A DNA stretch of 64,000 bases from Candidatus Nanohalarchaeota archaeon (GTDB lineage Archaea; Nanohalarchaeota; Nanosalinia; Nanosalinales; Nanosalinaceae), in the NCBI GenBank assembly GCA_022729235.1, contig JALDAJ010000001.1, forward strand, positions 96,001 to 160,000. The letters run 5' to 3'. The notes below the pieces were generated by a model. It did not search any database and was not told where the DNA came from. It was given only the letters and a program-made list of their open reading frames with translations. Positions 30,617-40,400 of the stretch are shown one piece after another (position 1 is the stretch's first letter; each line of letters opens with the position of its first letter). The position numbers and the translations under genes were made by a program.

Positions 30617-30709
30617 ATGAGATACACCCAAAGCAGAGTCGAGGTACTCTTGAACTACATCGCAAGACTCACTTCAGGAGGCAACTCCTTCACACGCACG
30701 AGAGACTGA
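30617..30709 (+). CDS. 30-aa peptide MRYTQSRVEVLLNYIARLTSGGNSFTRTRD, candidate RiPP precursor
   Basis: Translated by hand (below the ORF-track cutoff); tandem TGA TAA stops; sits between the ligase and the radical SAM gene. Confidence 0.45.
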   Translation: MRYTQSRVEVLLNYIARLTSGGNSFTRTRD

Positions 30710-30869
30710 TAATCTGAGAAACCGTTAGAAATATCTTCTGAATAAAGAATATCTCTATCGTCACATCTATAGTTTTTGACAGTTCGTGAAGATTCGCCTA
30801 ACAGATCTCGGCACTGACTCTCTCTTCTAAAAGAGTAAAAAATATGGTACTTAAGGAATAATTCAAGGT

Positions 30870-32387
30870 ATGGGTAGCCCAGACATCCTGCTGTTCTCTC
30901 CTCCCGTGAAAGAAGATTCGTTCATGCCTATGATAAACGCCGGTCTCGGCGCCATTTCAGGCTGGCTGGACGAAGAAGGATATGAACATGATCAGAAGAG
31001 CCTCCTAGCAGACTGCCGCTTTCTGAACAAAAACAAGTTCCAGAAAGATATAGTTGAATTATCAGTCCTGAACCAAGAGGACGTCCTAGACTATCTAAGA
31101 GGCGAGAATAATGAGGAAATAACGAAAGTAGCTAACCAGTTAGGAGATATGCTTGACATCGACTCCTACGATGTGATTCTCATATCAGCCAAAAGCGATG
31201 ACTCTCTTATCAAAGGACTACCTGTACTGAAGGAAAGAGCTCAGGAAAAATTAGTGGTTATAGGCGGATCATGTACCTCCACAAACGATTTAGAGATAGT
31301 AAGGCTGCCGTTCATTGACTACGGAGTTATAGGTGACGGAGAAATACCTATCTCTAATATACTCAAACACGAGCTGGACGGCGAACCCTTGGAAAACGAT
31401 ACAGGTCTGGTATACGTTGAGAACGGCGAACTAATCCGAGGGAAACCCTATAAACACCCTCTCGATATGAAACCTAAGCCAGTTTTCAACCAAGATATTG
31501 TAGAGAAGCTAAGAGACATATCCTTCTTTGATGAGCCCATACTCCCGTATCAATTCGGCAGAGGCTGCACCCAGAAATGTAGTTTCTGTAATTACATTGA
31601 GAACCAGAAATTCCAGTATAAAAGTATAGATAAGGCTATAGAAGAACTCAGAGATTACAGAGACAGAGAAGGGGTTAGAAACATTTTCTTCACAGACTCC
31701 AACTTATTCAACAAACCGGATTACGTCAAAAAGTTTGCGGAAAGAGTTATTGAAGAGGAGCTAGATATTCGCTGGGGAAGCCAGGCAATCATACTACCGC
31801 GTAGACAGGAGTTCTTTGACACACTCGCAGAGGGAGGATGTGTCTGCCTAATGCATGGTATCGAGTCCGCTTCAAACAGCGTACTTCACAGGATGAGGAA
31901 AGCAGAAACGCGATCAATGATAGAAAACACCCTTGAAAAAGAGGCGAAAGCCGGTATAAAACCTCACGGGTTTTTTATAACAGATTTCCCTCATGAAACT
32001 CAAGAAGAATATTATGAGACAATCAATTTCCTTAGAAGCAATGATAACTTGTTGAGCGCCAGTGTAGGACCTCTTGGAATATATAAGGACAGAGAGGAGA
32101 GAATGTCTATTTATACGAACCCCGAGGAGTTTGGTCTCGAACTCGAAGAACCCGAACACGAAGACTTTATCGATGCAACTTTTAACAGAGCTGTAGAATA
32201 CTATATAGACGGAAAACCGCGCGATCACAGGCTAAAACAGCTGAAGTACAGGCACATGCAGAAAGCCGCAGACTATAATCTTCTTCTGAAAAACTTTGGT
32301 CGAAAAAAACCTGTACACTTCCTGAGCAGGATGTTTAAGAAACTGTACAGGAAGGATTACCGAGACTATTCTTTCCTATACGCTTAA
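30870..32387 (+). CDS. Radical SAM enzyme with an N-terminal B12-binding-like domain
   Basis: VVIGG..., GDGE, GRGCTQKCSFC (CxxxCxxC), FFTDSN, GIESASNSVLHRMRK, FPHET. Confidence 0.9.
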   Translation: MGSPDILLFSPPVKEDSFMPMINAGLGAISGWLDEEGYEHDQKSLLADCRFLNKNKFQKDIVELSVLNQEDVLDYLRGENNEEITKVANQLGDMLDIDSYDVILISAKSDDSLIKGLPVLKERAQEKLVVIGGSCTSTNDLEIVRLPFIDYGVIGDGEIPISNILKHELDGEPLENDTGLVYVENGELIRGKPYKHPLDMKPKPVFNQDIVEKLRDISFFDEPILPYQFGRGCTQKCSFCNYIENQKFQYKSIDKAIEELRDYRDREGVRNIFFTDSNLFNKPDYVKKFAERVIEEELDIRWGSQAIILPRRQEFFDTLAEGGCVCLMHGIESASNSVLHRMRKAETRSMIENTLEKEAKAGIKPHGFFITDFPHETQEEYYETINFLRSNDNLLSASVGPLGIYKDREERMSIYTNPEEFGLELEEPEHEDFIDATFNRAVEYYIDGKPRDHRLKQLKYRHMQKAADYNLLLKNFGRKKPVHFLSRMFKKLYRKDYRDYSFLYA

Positions 32388-32492
32388 TAGACAACAGGCG
32401 ACTCAGTATGAAAACACAAATATGACAGACCAATTTTGACCACACTAGGACATCCCCGGTCAGTATGCTGAAACGGCAGCTTAAGACATTCC

Positions 32493-32783
32493 TTATTCAG
32501 TTGATACTCTCTCAACCACTCTACAGCACGGCTCCACGAAAAACTTCCTTACTTTCTCCATTCTCGACTCACTTCTAGCGATGTAATCAGCTACAGGAGG
32601 ACTGAGGCGGTAGTAAGCCCTGGTAAAGAGACGACCGAAGTAGAACCTCTTCAGGTAGCTGTCCCGAAAATCCCTCAGAACATCTATCCGTGGATGTGTT
32701 TCTGTCCCGTAAGCCGCAGTCGCGATGAAACATCCTTCGGGAGAGTAAGGGTCAAGTTGCTGTACGTCCTTCATAATCTTCAT
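32493..32783 (-). CDS. Stand-alone CFI-box-CTERM domain protein
   Basis: [10 protein letters not shown]....[10 protein letters not shown]....GRLF..AYY..SPPVA. Confidence 0.85.
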   Translation of the reverse strand: MKIMKDVQQLDPYSPEGCFIATAAYGTETHPRIDVLRDFRDSYLKRFYFGRLFTRAYYRLSPPVADYIARSESRMEKVRKFFVEPCCRVVERVSTE

Positions 32784-32837
32784 CTTCGATCAGGATATTT
32801 TAAAACTTCAATAAGCCTCTCACGAAAACAGAGATAG

Positions 32838-34346
32838 ATGAATGACAGCGAGCTTGAGAACACTAGCAAGCTTTTCAACAGCGGTCTAGGTATAGCGATA
32901 GGAGCGGTTATAGCCGGAGTTGCCAGCCTCCTGACCCGCGTGGTTCTGGGCAGACTTTTGCAGCCGGAGAAATACGGAGTTCTCAACGAAGGTCTCGCCT
33001 TTATGAACTTCTTCATAATTTTCTCGTTGCTAGGACTGGGAAACACGCTGGCGCGTTTCATATCCCACGGAGAAGAAAAAGACGGTTATACGTCTCCAGT
33101 GTTAGCAGTCTCTCTGCCACTCTCCTTTTTATCCGGCGCTTTACTGTTCCTCTCATCAGGGCTTTTTGCGAGCTGGATGGGCTCGCCCGAACTTGAGACA
33201 GTTCTCAAACTGTTCTCTTTTAGCATCCCCGCAAGTGTAGCGGTCGCTGTATTTATATCGGATTTCCGGGGAAGAGAGAAAACACTGGAAAAGGTGGCTC
33301 TTGAAGACCTCCTACTCCCTCTATCAATACTAATCCTATCCGCGATTTTCACTCTTTACCGAACCGCTCCATCTTACGCCGCGGCAGGCTATGTTTTCTC
33401 AGCCTGGATAGTACTGGTCTCAGCTATCGTCCTCTACCGGATGAAAGGCTTACGATTTGTGAAGCCTTCGACAGATCGCGCGAAAAAACTCGTAAGGTTC
33501 TCGACACCTCTATGGTTCTCTGACCTCGCCCGGTTCGGAATAATATGGGCAAACATATTCATCCTCGGATTCTTCCTCACATCAAATGAAACCGGTCTAT
33601 ACAACGCAGCCTATCCTTTAACCTACACCACAGCCATGGTTCTTTCCTCCCTGGGCTATCTCTACCTGCCTCTTATCAGTTCGCTACATAGCAAGGGGCG
33701 TTTCGAAGAGATGAAGTCGCTGTACAACACGGTTGTGAGATGGGTGGTCACACTGATACTACCGGTTACGCTTGTTTTCATCCTAAAATCAGAGCCAATC
33801 CTCCATATACTATATGGACCCTCCTACGTAGCTGCATCCACACTGCTCACTATCCTGATACTGGGAAGATTTGTGCAGACCGCTATAGGTCCTGTAGGGA
33901 GAATGCTGATAGCGTTCGGAGAAACCCGGAAAGAAGCTCTTTCACAGATAACAGGTCTCGCCGTTATAGTCCTCGGTAGCATAGTACTGGTGCAAGAGGT
34001 AGGTCTACTTGGAGCAGGTATAGCGTACGCCGCAGGAGTATCGATCGCAAACATCATGAGGCTTAATTACAGCAGGAGATACGCCAGTTTCAACCCTCTA
34101 AAAATAGATCTCAAGAAACCAGTGATAGCAGCTATACCGGCGACATTCATACTTCTCATCCCTACGACAAGCTTGATAATCGACCTAGCTTTTATCGCTG
34201 GTTCCGGACTGATTTACGCCACAGCACTGTTAGCTCTTAAACCTCTGAAACATGAAGACATCCATTCTATCGAACAGATGCTTGGAAGAACACCGTTGTC
34301 CGGGACGGATAAAATAGTTGATAACCTTAGAAGATTCGAGGAATGA
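32838..34346 (+). CDS. Wzx/MOP-family flippase (second copy)
   Basis: Multi-TM; LGRLLQPEKYG; TGLYNAAY; paralogous to 7311-8822. Confidence 0.88.
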   Translation: MNDSELENTSKLFNSGLGIAIGAVIAGVASLLTRVVLGRLLQPEKYGVLNEGLAFMNFFIIFSLLGLGNTLARFISHGEEKDGYTSPVLAVSLPLSFLSGALLFLSSGLFASWMGSPELETVLKLFSFSIPASVAVAVFISDFRGREKTLEKVALEDLLLPLSILILSAIFTLYRTAPSYAAAGYVFSAWIVLVSAIVLYRMKGLRFVKPSTDRAKKLVRFSTPLWFSDLARFGIIWANIFILGFFLTSNETGLYNAAYPLTYTTAMVLSSLGYLYLPLISSLHSKGRFEEMKSLYNTVVRWVVTLILPVTLVFILKSEPILHILYGPSYVAASTLLTILILGRFVQTAIGPVGRMLIAFGETRKEALSQITGLAVIVLGSIVLVQEVGLLGAGIAYAAGVSIANIMRLNYSRRYASFNPLKIDLKKPVIAAIPATFILLIPTTSLIIDLAFIAGSGLIYATALLALKPLKHEDIHSIEQMLGRTPLSGTDKIVDNLRRFEE

Positions 34347-36001
34347 AACCAGAAACCCGCAACTACCTGCTACTTCTCTTCGCGAATCTTTCCCTGCTTC
34401 TCTACCATACCCGTTCATTCCTCACAGCAGAAAAACTGGCGGGACGAGACCTCATCGGCGCGTATTCGCTTGTAGAAGCGTTCGAGCTCGGCTGGAACAC
34501 ACAGTGGTTCCTTGGATTCCCGATGTTCCAGTTCTACCCTCCCGGATTCTTCGCAACGGTTAAAGGGCTTGGTTTCATAACCGGCGATCCGCTAGCATTC
34601 AGGATACTGGTGTTCTCAACCCTCTTAATCTTCCCAGTAGCAGCCTACTACGCTTTCTCCCGTATACATAACCAGGAAACAGGTCTTGTAGCAGGTCTAC
34701 TGGCGATTTCCCTGATTTTTCTCCGAGAACCTTTCTCCCTGGTTTACCAGACCTTGCAGGTCGGTCTCGTGGCACAGGGAGCCGCCTTTCTCACGTTCAT
34801 CCTCTTTATAGGAGTCCTTTGGCAGGATTCCAGAGATTCCGCCTATCTTTCCGCCGTCCTGCTGGGCATCACAATACTTCTCCACCCTTTCATAGGAACA
34901 GTAGCCCTTCTCTATCTTCTAATATACCTGATACTTGAAAGAAACCTTTATGGTATCTTCACAGCTCTTATCGGTCTCGCATTATCAGCCTGGTGGTGGC
35001 TTCCAGCGCTGGAGAACACCTGGTACATGCCGACCTACGTCGGACCAACAGGACAGCTACTGAACTGGCCCTGGTTGTTCCTTCCTTTCCTGTTACTGAA
35101 TCGAGGCAGGAAAGCAGTTTCACTCTCCTTACTTGGAATCTTACTGCTCTTCATCGGCACGTTTGATCTCGGCGTCGAGTTCCAGTTCTACCGGTTCTTC
35201 ATCTATGGCCAGATGATAACTGTTTTGGCGGCAGCACCCGGGTTCATGAAGGCTTTCAATACAATAGAGAAGTTCGATACCAGTTCTCTGATAGTTCTCT
35301 TCGGTATAAGCATCCTGTTACCCGCCGCCACAGTAGACATAGAACCACACTGGAAGTCTGACGTGGATCTTGAGGGCGTGATACCTGAAGACGGGCGTAT
35401 GATAGTGGAAACCTCTCACAGCGACCTGTACAACAGTTACGTGCCGATTCAGATGGCGCCGCTTGAATCGAATGTCTCTGTCGTCAACGGTCTCTACGCC
35501 GACTCCTCTATCTCGTCACCCTACCTACTCGGGCTGGAGAAAGCTATAGCCAAGGAACCTGTCCCTAACCCATTGGCGGTCGAGGCAGAACTGACAGAGG
35601 AACAATTACAGGAAAGGATGGAGTACTTCAACATCTCATACGCGCTGGTCAGGACCGATCACGCCCGTGAGAGACTCGGCTTCATGGAGTTAGAAGCGGA
35701 GAACAACGACTTCCAGCTTCTCTCATGGCAGCCGGAGCCTGATAGAGAGGTCGAGGCTGCGAAAGTGTGCCTGACCCGGGAAGACTGGAGGGAACTTAAC
35801 CGGCATATCTTCCAGAACAATCTAACTTCAACTCCAGTACTTGACTGTGAAACCGGTACAGCGATAAGCGCTGTAGACCCAGCCGGCATCCTCGAAGAAA
35901 CCGAACAGTTAGAGAAAGATAATGTTGAAATCGAGGATGAAAGCATCAGACCTAATGACAAAGTTGAAGCTGTTTTCAGCCTGGAAGTCAGGAACCGCTG
36001 A
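34343..36001 (+). CDS. GT-C-like membrane protein
   Basis: GRDL..., GWNTQWFLGFPMFQFYPPG, AWWWLP, FYRF; ATGA-coupled to the flippase. Confidence 0.7.
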   Translation: MKPETRNYLLLLFANLSLLLYHTRSFLTAEKLAGRDLIGAYSLVEAFELGWNTQWFLGFPMFQFYPPGFFATVKGLGFITGDPLAFRILVFSTLLIFPVAAYYAFSRIHNQETGLVAGLLAISLIFLREPFSLVYQTLQVGLVAQGAAFLTFILFIGVLWQDSRDSAYLSAVLLGITILLHPFIGTVALLYLLIYLILERNLYGIFTALIGLALSAWWWLPALENTWYMPTYVGPTGQLLNWPWLFLPFLLLNRGRKAVSLSLLGILLLFIGTFDLGVEFQFYRFFIYGQMITVLAAAPGFMKAFNTIEKFDTSSLIVLFGISILLPAATVDIEPHWKSDVDLEGVIPEDGRMIVETSHSDLYNSYVPIQMAPLESNVSVVNGLYADSSISSPYLLGLEKAIAKEPVPNPLAVEAELTEEQLQERMEYFNISYALVRTDHARERLGFMELEAENNDFQLLSWQPEPDREVEAAKVCLTREDWRELNRHIFQNNLTSTPVLDCETGTAISAVDPAGILEETEQLEKDNVEIEDESIRPNDKVEAVFSLEVRNR

Positions 36002-36007
36002 AATCAT

Positions 36008-37441
36008 TTACTCCACAATGTTATCTCCCAAGTATCTCTCTCCTCCAAATTCATCAATGTAGTGCAGGTGACCCTCATTCGGATCGATCCATGCAGAACC
36101 AGGACTTCCTTCTGCTTCCTCTGCTACCTCCCATTCTATCTCGACTTTCCCGTGTCCATCGTTAGCAGCGTACTCGTTGTCCACCAGCTCGCCGTACTCA
36201 GGGTTAACGTAGCTTCCTCCACCTCCTCCAGGAGCGTCATCGCTATCTGAGTCAGCATAGGTTCCTCCACCGCCGGAGTATCCCCCACCTCCTCCCGTAG
36301 CTCCCCACCCTGTGGACTGGTCAGTCGCTCCTCCTGCTCCGAAGCCACCGTCATTGTTTCCATGTCCATCTCCACCGAGACCCCCGTCCAGGAAGTTTTC
36401 ACCCCCTGAACCAGAGTTAGACCCGTCACCTCCATCAGTGTACCATCCTCCGCCACCAGCACCCCTGTTACCGGTACCTCCTCCACCGTCTCCATTCGTT
36501 CCTCCGCTCCCTGGAGAGGATGCGCAGCTGTTCATACATGTTCCGTCCCCGCCGTCTTCTTCCATCCTACCATGAGAGTAGCCCGGACTATCCGAGTTAG
36601 TACCGATAGCGTATCCGGCACCACCACCCGCAACTACAAGAGGAACCACGTTCTCCCCATCAAACATCTGGTCGCCACTGCTGTCAACCTTTGCTACGAA
36701 TGTACCTCCTCCCCCTGAAGGAGCATCAGAGTTACCGCTCGTGGTACCCATTTGCCCTATAAGTATCCTTAATTCGTCTCCAGCCTCCAGACTCACTTCG
36801 GCCTCGTATCTCGCTCCCTGTCCTCCATCTCCAGAGCGACTACCTTTCGGAGCCGCAGCCCCGTAAGCATTAAACCGGTATGTTCCATCTTCAGGAGCGG
36901 TCCATTCCTGTATACCGTCTCCTACAACAGTTACCTCGCCTTCAAGATCAGTACCGCTGTACTCCGAGTCACAGTCAGTCTGTGAAGGACCGGAACGACC
37001 CGTCGAACCACAGGTCGTGAAAGTTACCTCTCCCGACGCGGTTCCCGAACCTCTCAACCATCTCCTATTTTGTTCCTCATCTATGTAGTATACCCGAGCA
37101 CCATCAATCCATAAAGAACCTATCGGACCAGAAACAGAACTACCTCCTCCGGTCCGTGGATCATCTCCATCCATCAGCACCCTGTACTCAGTACCGTCAT
37201 AAGCCCAGAGCAGGTTGTCGTCGTGGATCCACGCCGAGCCGTCGGGAGCAGTAGTACTATCGGTCTGTATGTAAGGCGCCCAGGCTGGGTCGGCCATGAA
37301 GGACATCCCGCCGATACTCACAACGATATAGAAAGCAGCGTAGAGCAGTAACGAAGCAGTTATAACAGACTCCTTGTTCTGCTCCGCCATCCTAACAAGC
37401 TCAAACCCCATCTGGTTGAATCCCTTCCTCCTACCCATCAC
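36008..37441 (-). CDS. Exported protein with an ALK/LTK-like glycine-rich domain inserted into a triple 'WI(D/H)' repeat
   Basis: FTTCGSTGRSGPSQTDC...GIQEWTAP..GTYRF.AYGA...LRILIGQMG...GGGGTFV...PLVVAGGGAG...GGGGGYSGG...GGGGSY...GHGKVEI. Confidence 0.8.
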   Translation of the reverse strand: MMGRRKGFNQMGFELVRMAEQNKESVITASLLLYAAFYIVVSIGGMSFMADPAWAPYIQTDSTTAPDGSAWIHDDNLLWAYDGTEYRVLMDGDDPRTGGGSSVSGPIGSLWIDGARVYYIDEEQNRRWLRGSGTASGEVTFTTCGSTGRSGPSQTDCDSEYSGTDLEGEVTVVGDGIQEWTAPEDGTYRFNAYGAAAPKGSRSGDGGQGARYEAEVSLEAGDELRILIGQMGTTSGNSDAPSGGGGTFVAKVDSSGDQMFDGENVVPLVVAGGGAGYAIGTNSDSPGYSHGRMEEDGGDGTCMNSCASSPGSGGTNGDGGGGTGNRGAGGGGWYTDGGDGSNSGSGGENFLDGGLGGDGHGNNDGGFGAGGATDQSTGWGATGGGGGYSGGGGTYADSDSDDAPGGGGGSYVNPEYGELVDNEYAANDGHGKVEIEWEVAEEAEGSPGSAWIDPNEGHLHYIDEFGGERYLGDNIVE

Positions 37442-37444
37442 ACG

Positions 37445-40400
37445 TCACCACGCGTCAGTCCCCACCGGGAGCCGGAAACTATCAGTAGCCTCTATCTCAT
37501 CTGAAGTTGTTTTACCTCCCACACTCAAGTCAGAGTCAACTCCTACCTCCCCCTCCGGCCTCATAACGATATCAGTCGGTGACCCGGCAGACGTCTCAAG
37601 GTACATAGTAGAGTGAGAGTCGATAGTGTTTCCAGAAGTACCAGTGAGCTCCACACCGTTCTGGACGGAAAGCGGACCAGAAGACTCGACACTTAGAGGC
37701 TGATGCATCCTTACCTGTGACTCGGTGAACTCTGCTATCTGTTCATCAGTACCGGAAACTTCAAAATTAGCATTAACAACTTCTACAGGTCCTCCTTCGT
37801 TGAAGCGCATCAGGTCTTGATTATTGGCGTCATCGTAGATCCTGAACCTATCACTTCCTCCTCCCGGAGTTCTTATGACGGGGGTAGTGCTAGCTGCTCC
37901 CGTGAAGTCGATATGTCCGTCAAGTGCAAGTGAATTTGTAGAGCCATCAGAACCAGCGATCGTGAGCTTCCCATTCATCGTATCCCCGTCTTCGTCCACC
38001 CAGTTGTCCTGTACGTTGTACTGGCTGCCGTCCCAGTTCAGGTGAGACCCGTCAGTACCTGAAAGGTCAACATTACCATCACTATCCAAGTCGACAGCAT
38101 CACCCCAAGCAACGTTTACCGTGTCACCGTCTGTGATACTGTCCGGGCTGATACCGTCACCACCTGTCAAATCAGTTGGGTCGCTGCCGATACTGTCGCT
38201 ATCGATACAGACCCAGTTCGTACCGTCGAACTCCAGGATCTGGTCGCTACCACACATCGCATCGGACAGCTCAGAAGTACCTATACTGTCAGCATCTATT
38301 TCACCTGAACCAACGGTATCCCTACCAGCTAAATCACCAGAATCACTGATACTGGACAACGAGATACTATCAACCTCGGAATCACTTACAACACCGCTCC
38401 CCAGAGAACCACCACTACCTAGATCATTAGCATCACCCCAAGCAACAGAGATAGTATCACCGTCAGTAATACTCGAAGGATCGATACCCTCGCCACCTGT
38501 AAAGGAGGCGTAATCATAATCGTACTGGTAATCATAATCGTAAGCATCAATACAGCTACCATCACCAGCTAGAACCTCAGAACTAGAACATCCTGTTAAA
38601 CCTGAGACATCAAGATTTCCTTGTACTTCTAGATTTGTTTTCATACTAGCATCCGCTATCTCACTACTTGTTCTTTCTATCCAGAATCTATCGTGCTCAT
38701 ATGATACATCGTAAATATTGTACCCCCAACCACCTAGCTCTGAATCCGAAGTATATTCTGTTATCCATCGATCTCCACCGGAAGTATCACTTGGATGTCG
38801 TATAACTATACCTCCTCTCGTCTTCAGGTTGTTAGGTGAACCTTGAACATCGAGGTAATCTATATCATCACCACTGGTCTCAACATAACGGCTGTCAGTA
38901 CTACCAGTGTCAAGACTCACAGATCCCGTACCTCCAAGACTCGCACCACTAGCACTGATGTAACTATCACCGCTTAAACCTATAGAATCATCAACCAGCT
39001 CACTACTACCCACAGAACTACTCTGGATCTCACTACTACCCACACTGTCCAGCGCAGCCAGATCACCGCTATCAGTAATATCAGAAAGACCATGGTCATG
39101 ATCCAAGTTAGTGCTGATATCGCTGGTACCGCTCATCGTGATATCTAACGAACCATCGCCACTACCACTTACATCAGTCGCATAGTAGTTCTCCTGATCA
39201 ATGTCTGACTGACTGATATCTAAATCATCCCAACCGCTTCCGTGGATATTACCCGCAACGGTCAAGTCTCCTGCCATAGAGGCATCTCCCTGACGGTCAA
39301 TGTCGAAATGGGCTTCATCGCTTCCAACAACCATCAGTTTATCTGTTATGTCGTATTCGTGAACATTATGCCCCTCCGGTACATTACCAGGCTCCCAGTC
39401 AACAGGTTCCCACTGGTTACTGCCTTCGAGATCCTTTAACTGATATTCTACGGATTGAGTATCTCCCTCTCCATCTCTTGGTTCAACCCAGACCTCCAAG
39501 TACTTGTCATCATATGTATCTCCTCTCACAATTCTTGCTCTCTCGAAAACCGTCGAACTATGGATAGTATTCTGTAATAACGTGAAACTGAGTCCGTCAC
39601 CACCGCTATTATCCCCAAAAGATGCACCGGCCCTGAAATTAATGCTTGAATGACCACAGCAACTTGTATCCATCAGAGTGAACTCTCCGCTCATCCTACC
39701 ATCCCCCTTCGCAATCCTATGCCATCCTTGACCAGCACTGGCAGAATTCTCATATACATTTTCATACCTGTTATCTACGTCTCCAGTATCAAGCTCGGTT
39801 TGACCCACAGCACTGCTCTGGATACTACCGCCAGAAGTCAAATCGTTAGCGTTACCAAAGTCATCCGCATAACCACTAGAAGTCAAACCGCCAGCACTAC
39901 CCCACTGAACATTACCACTAGAATCCAGATCATTACCCGAGTCTAAAACAGAACCCGCATCAACGTCCAGCGTCCTGCTGGAAGATAAACTTCCTCCACC
40001 TGTCAGATGATTACCGGAATTTACAGAAACATGATTACTTAAACGCCCCCAGGGTACAGTACCGGAAGTCAGAGTACCGTCAAGATCTAAATCATTATAG
40101 AACCTTGCATCTCCGTCGTCGTAAAGGCGGAAGGAGACACTGTCGGAGTCATCGTAGAAGTAATGGCTGCGCTCACCCAGTATCCGGTAGGCTAAATTGT
40201 TATCATCGTTGTATACCTCAAGAATTTCTCCACCTGCATTGTTATCCCCCTGAAGAACCACAGAGTCACTATGCCCCCAGTCAAGATCTGAGCGCGTATA
40301 GAACTTATGACCAGGACCTCCCGAAGGAGCTCTGGCATCTATCCTACCGTCAATGTTAAGATCACCTGACGCAGTTATCTCGCCAACATCCTCGATGTCA

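Noticed and set aside
30617-30709. True lasso peptide cluster
   Set aside because: No asparagine-synthetase-like cyclase, transglutaminase-like peptidase or RRE is present, and the only core Asp is the last residue, leaving no tail to thread.
37390-37441. Class III signal peptide (RRKG|F) on the Gly-rich protein
   Set aside because: The hydrophobic helix starts about 19 residues after the putative cleavage site, which is atypical, so it was not called a pilin.
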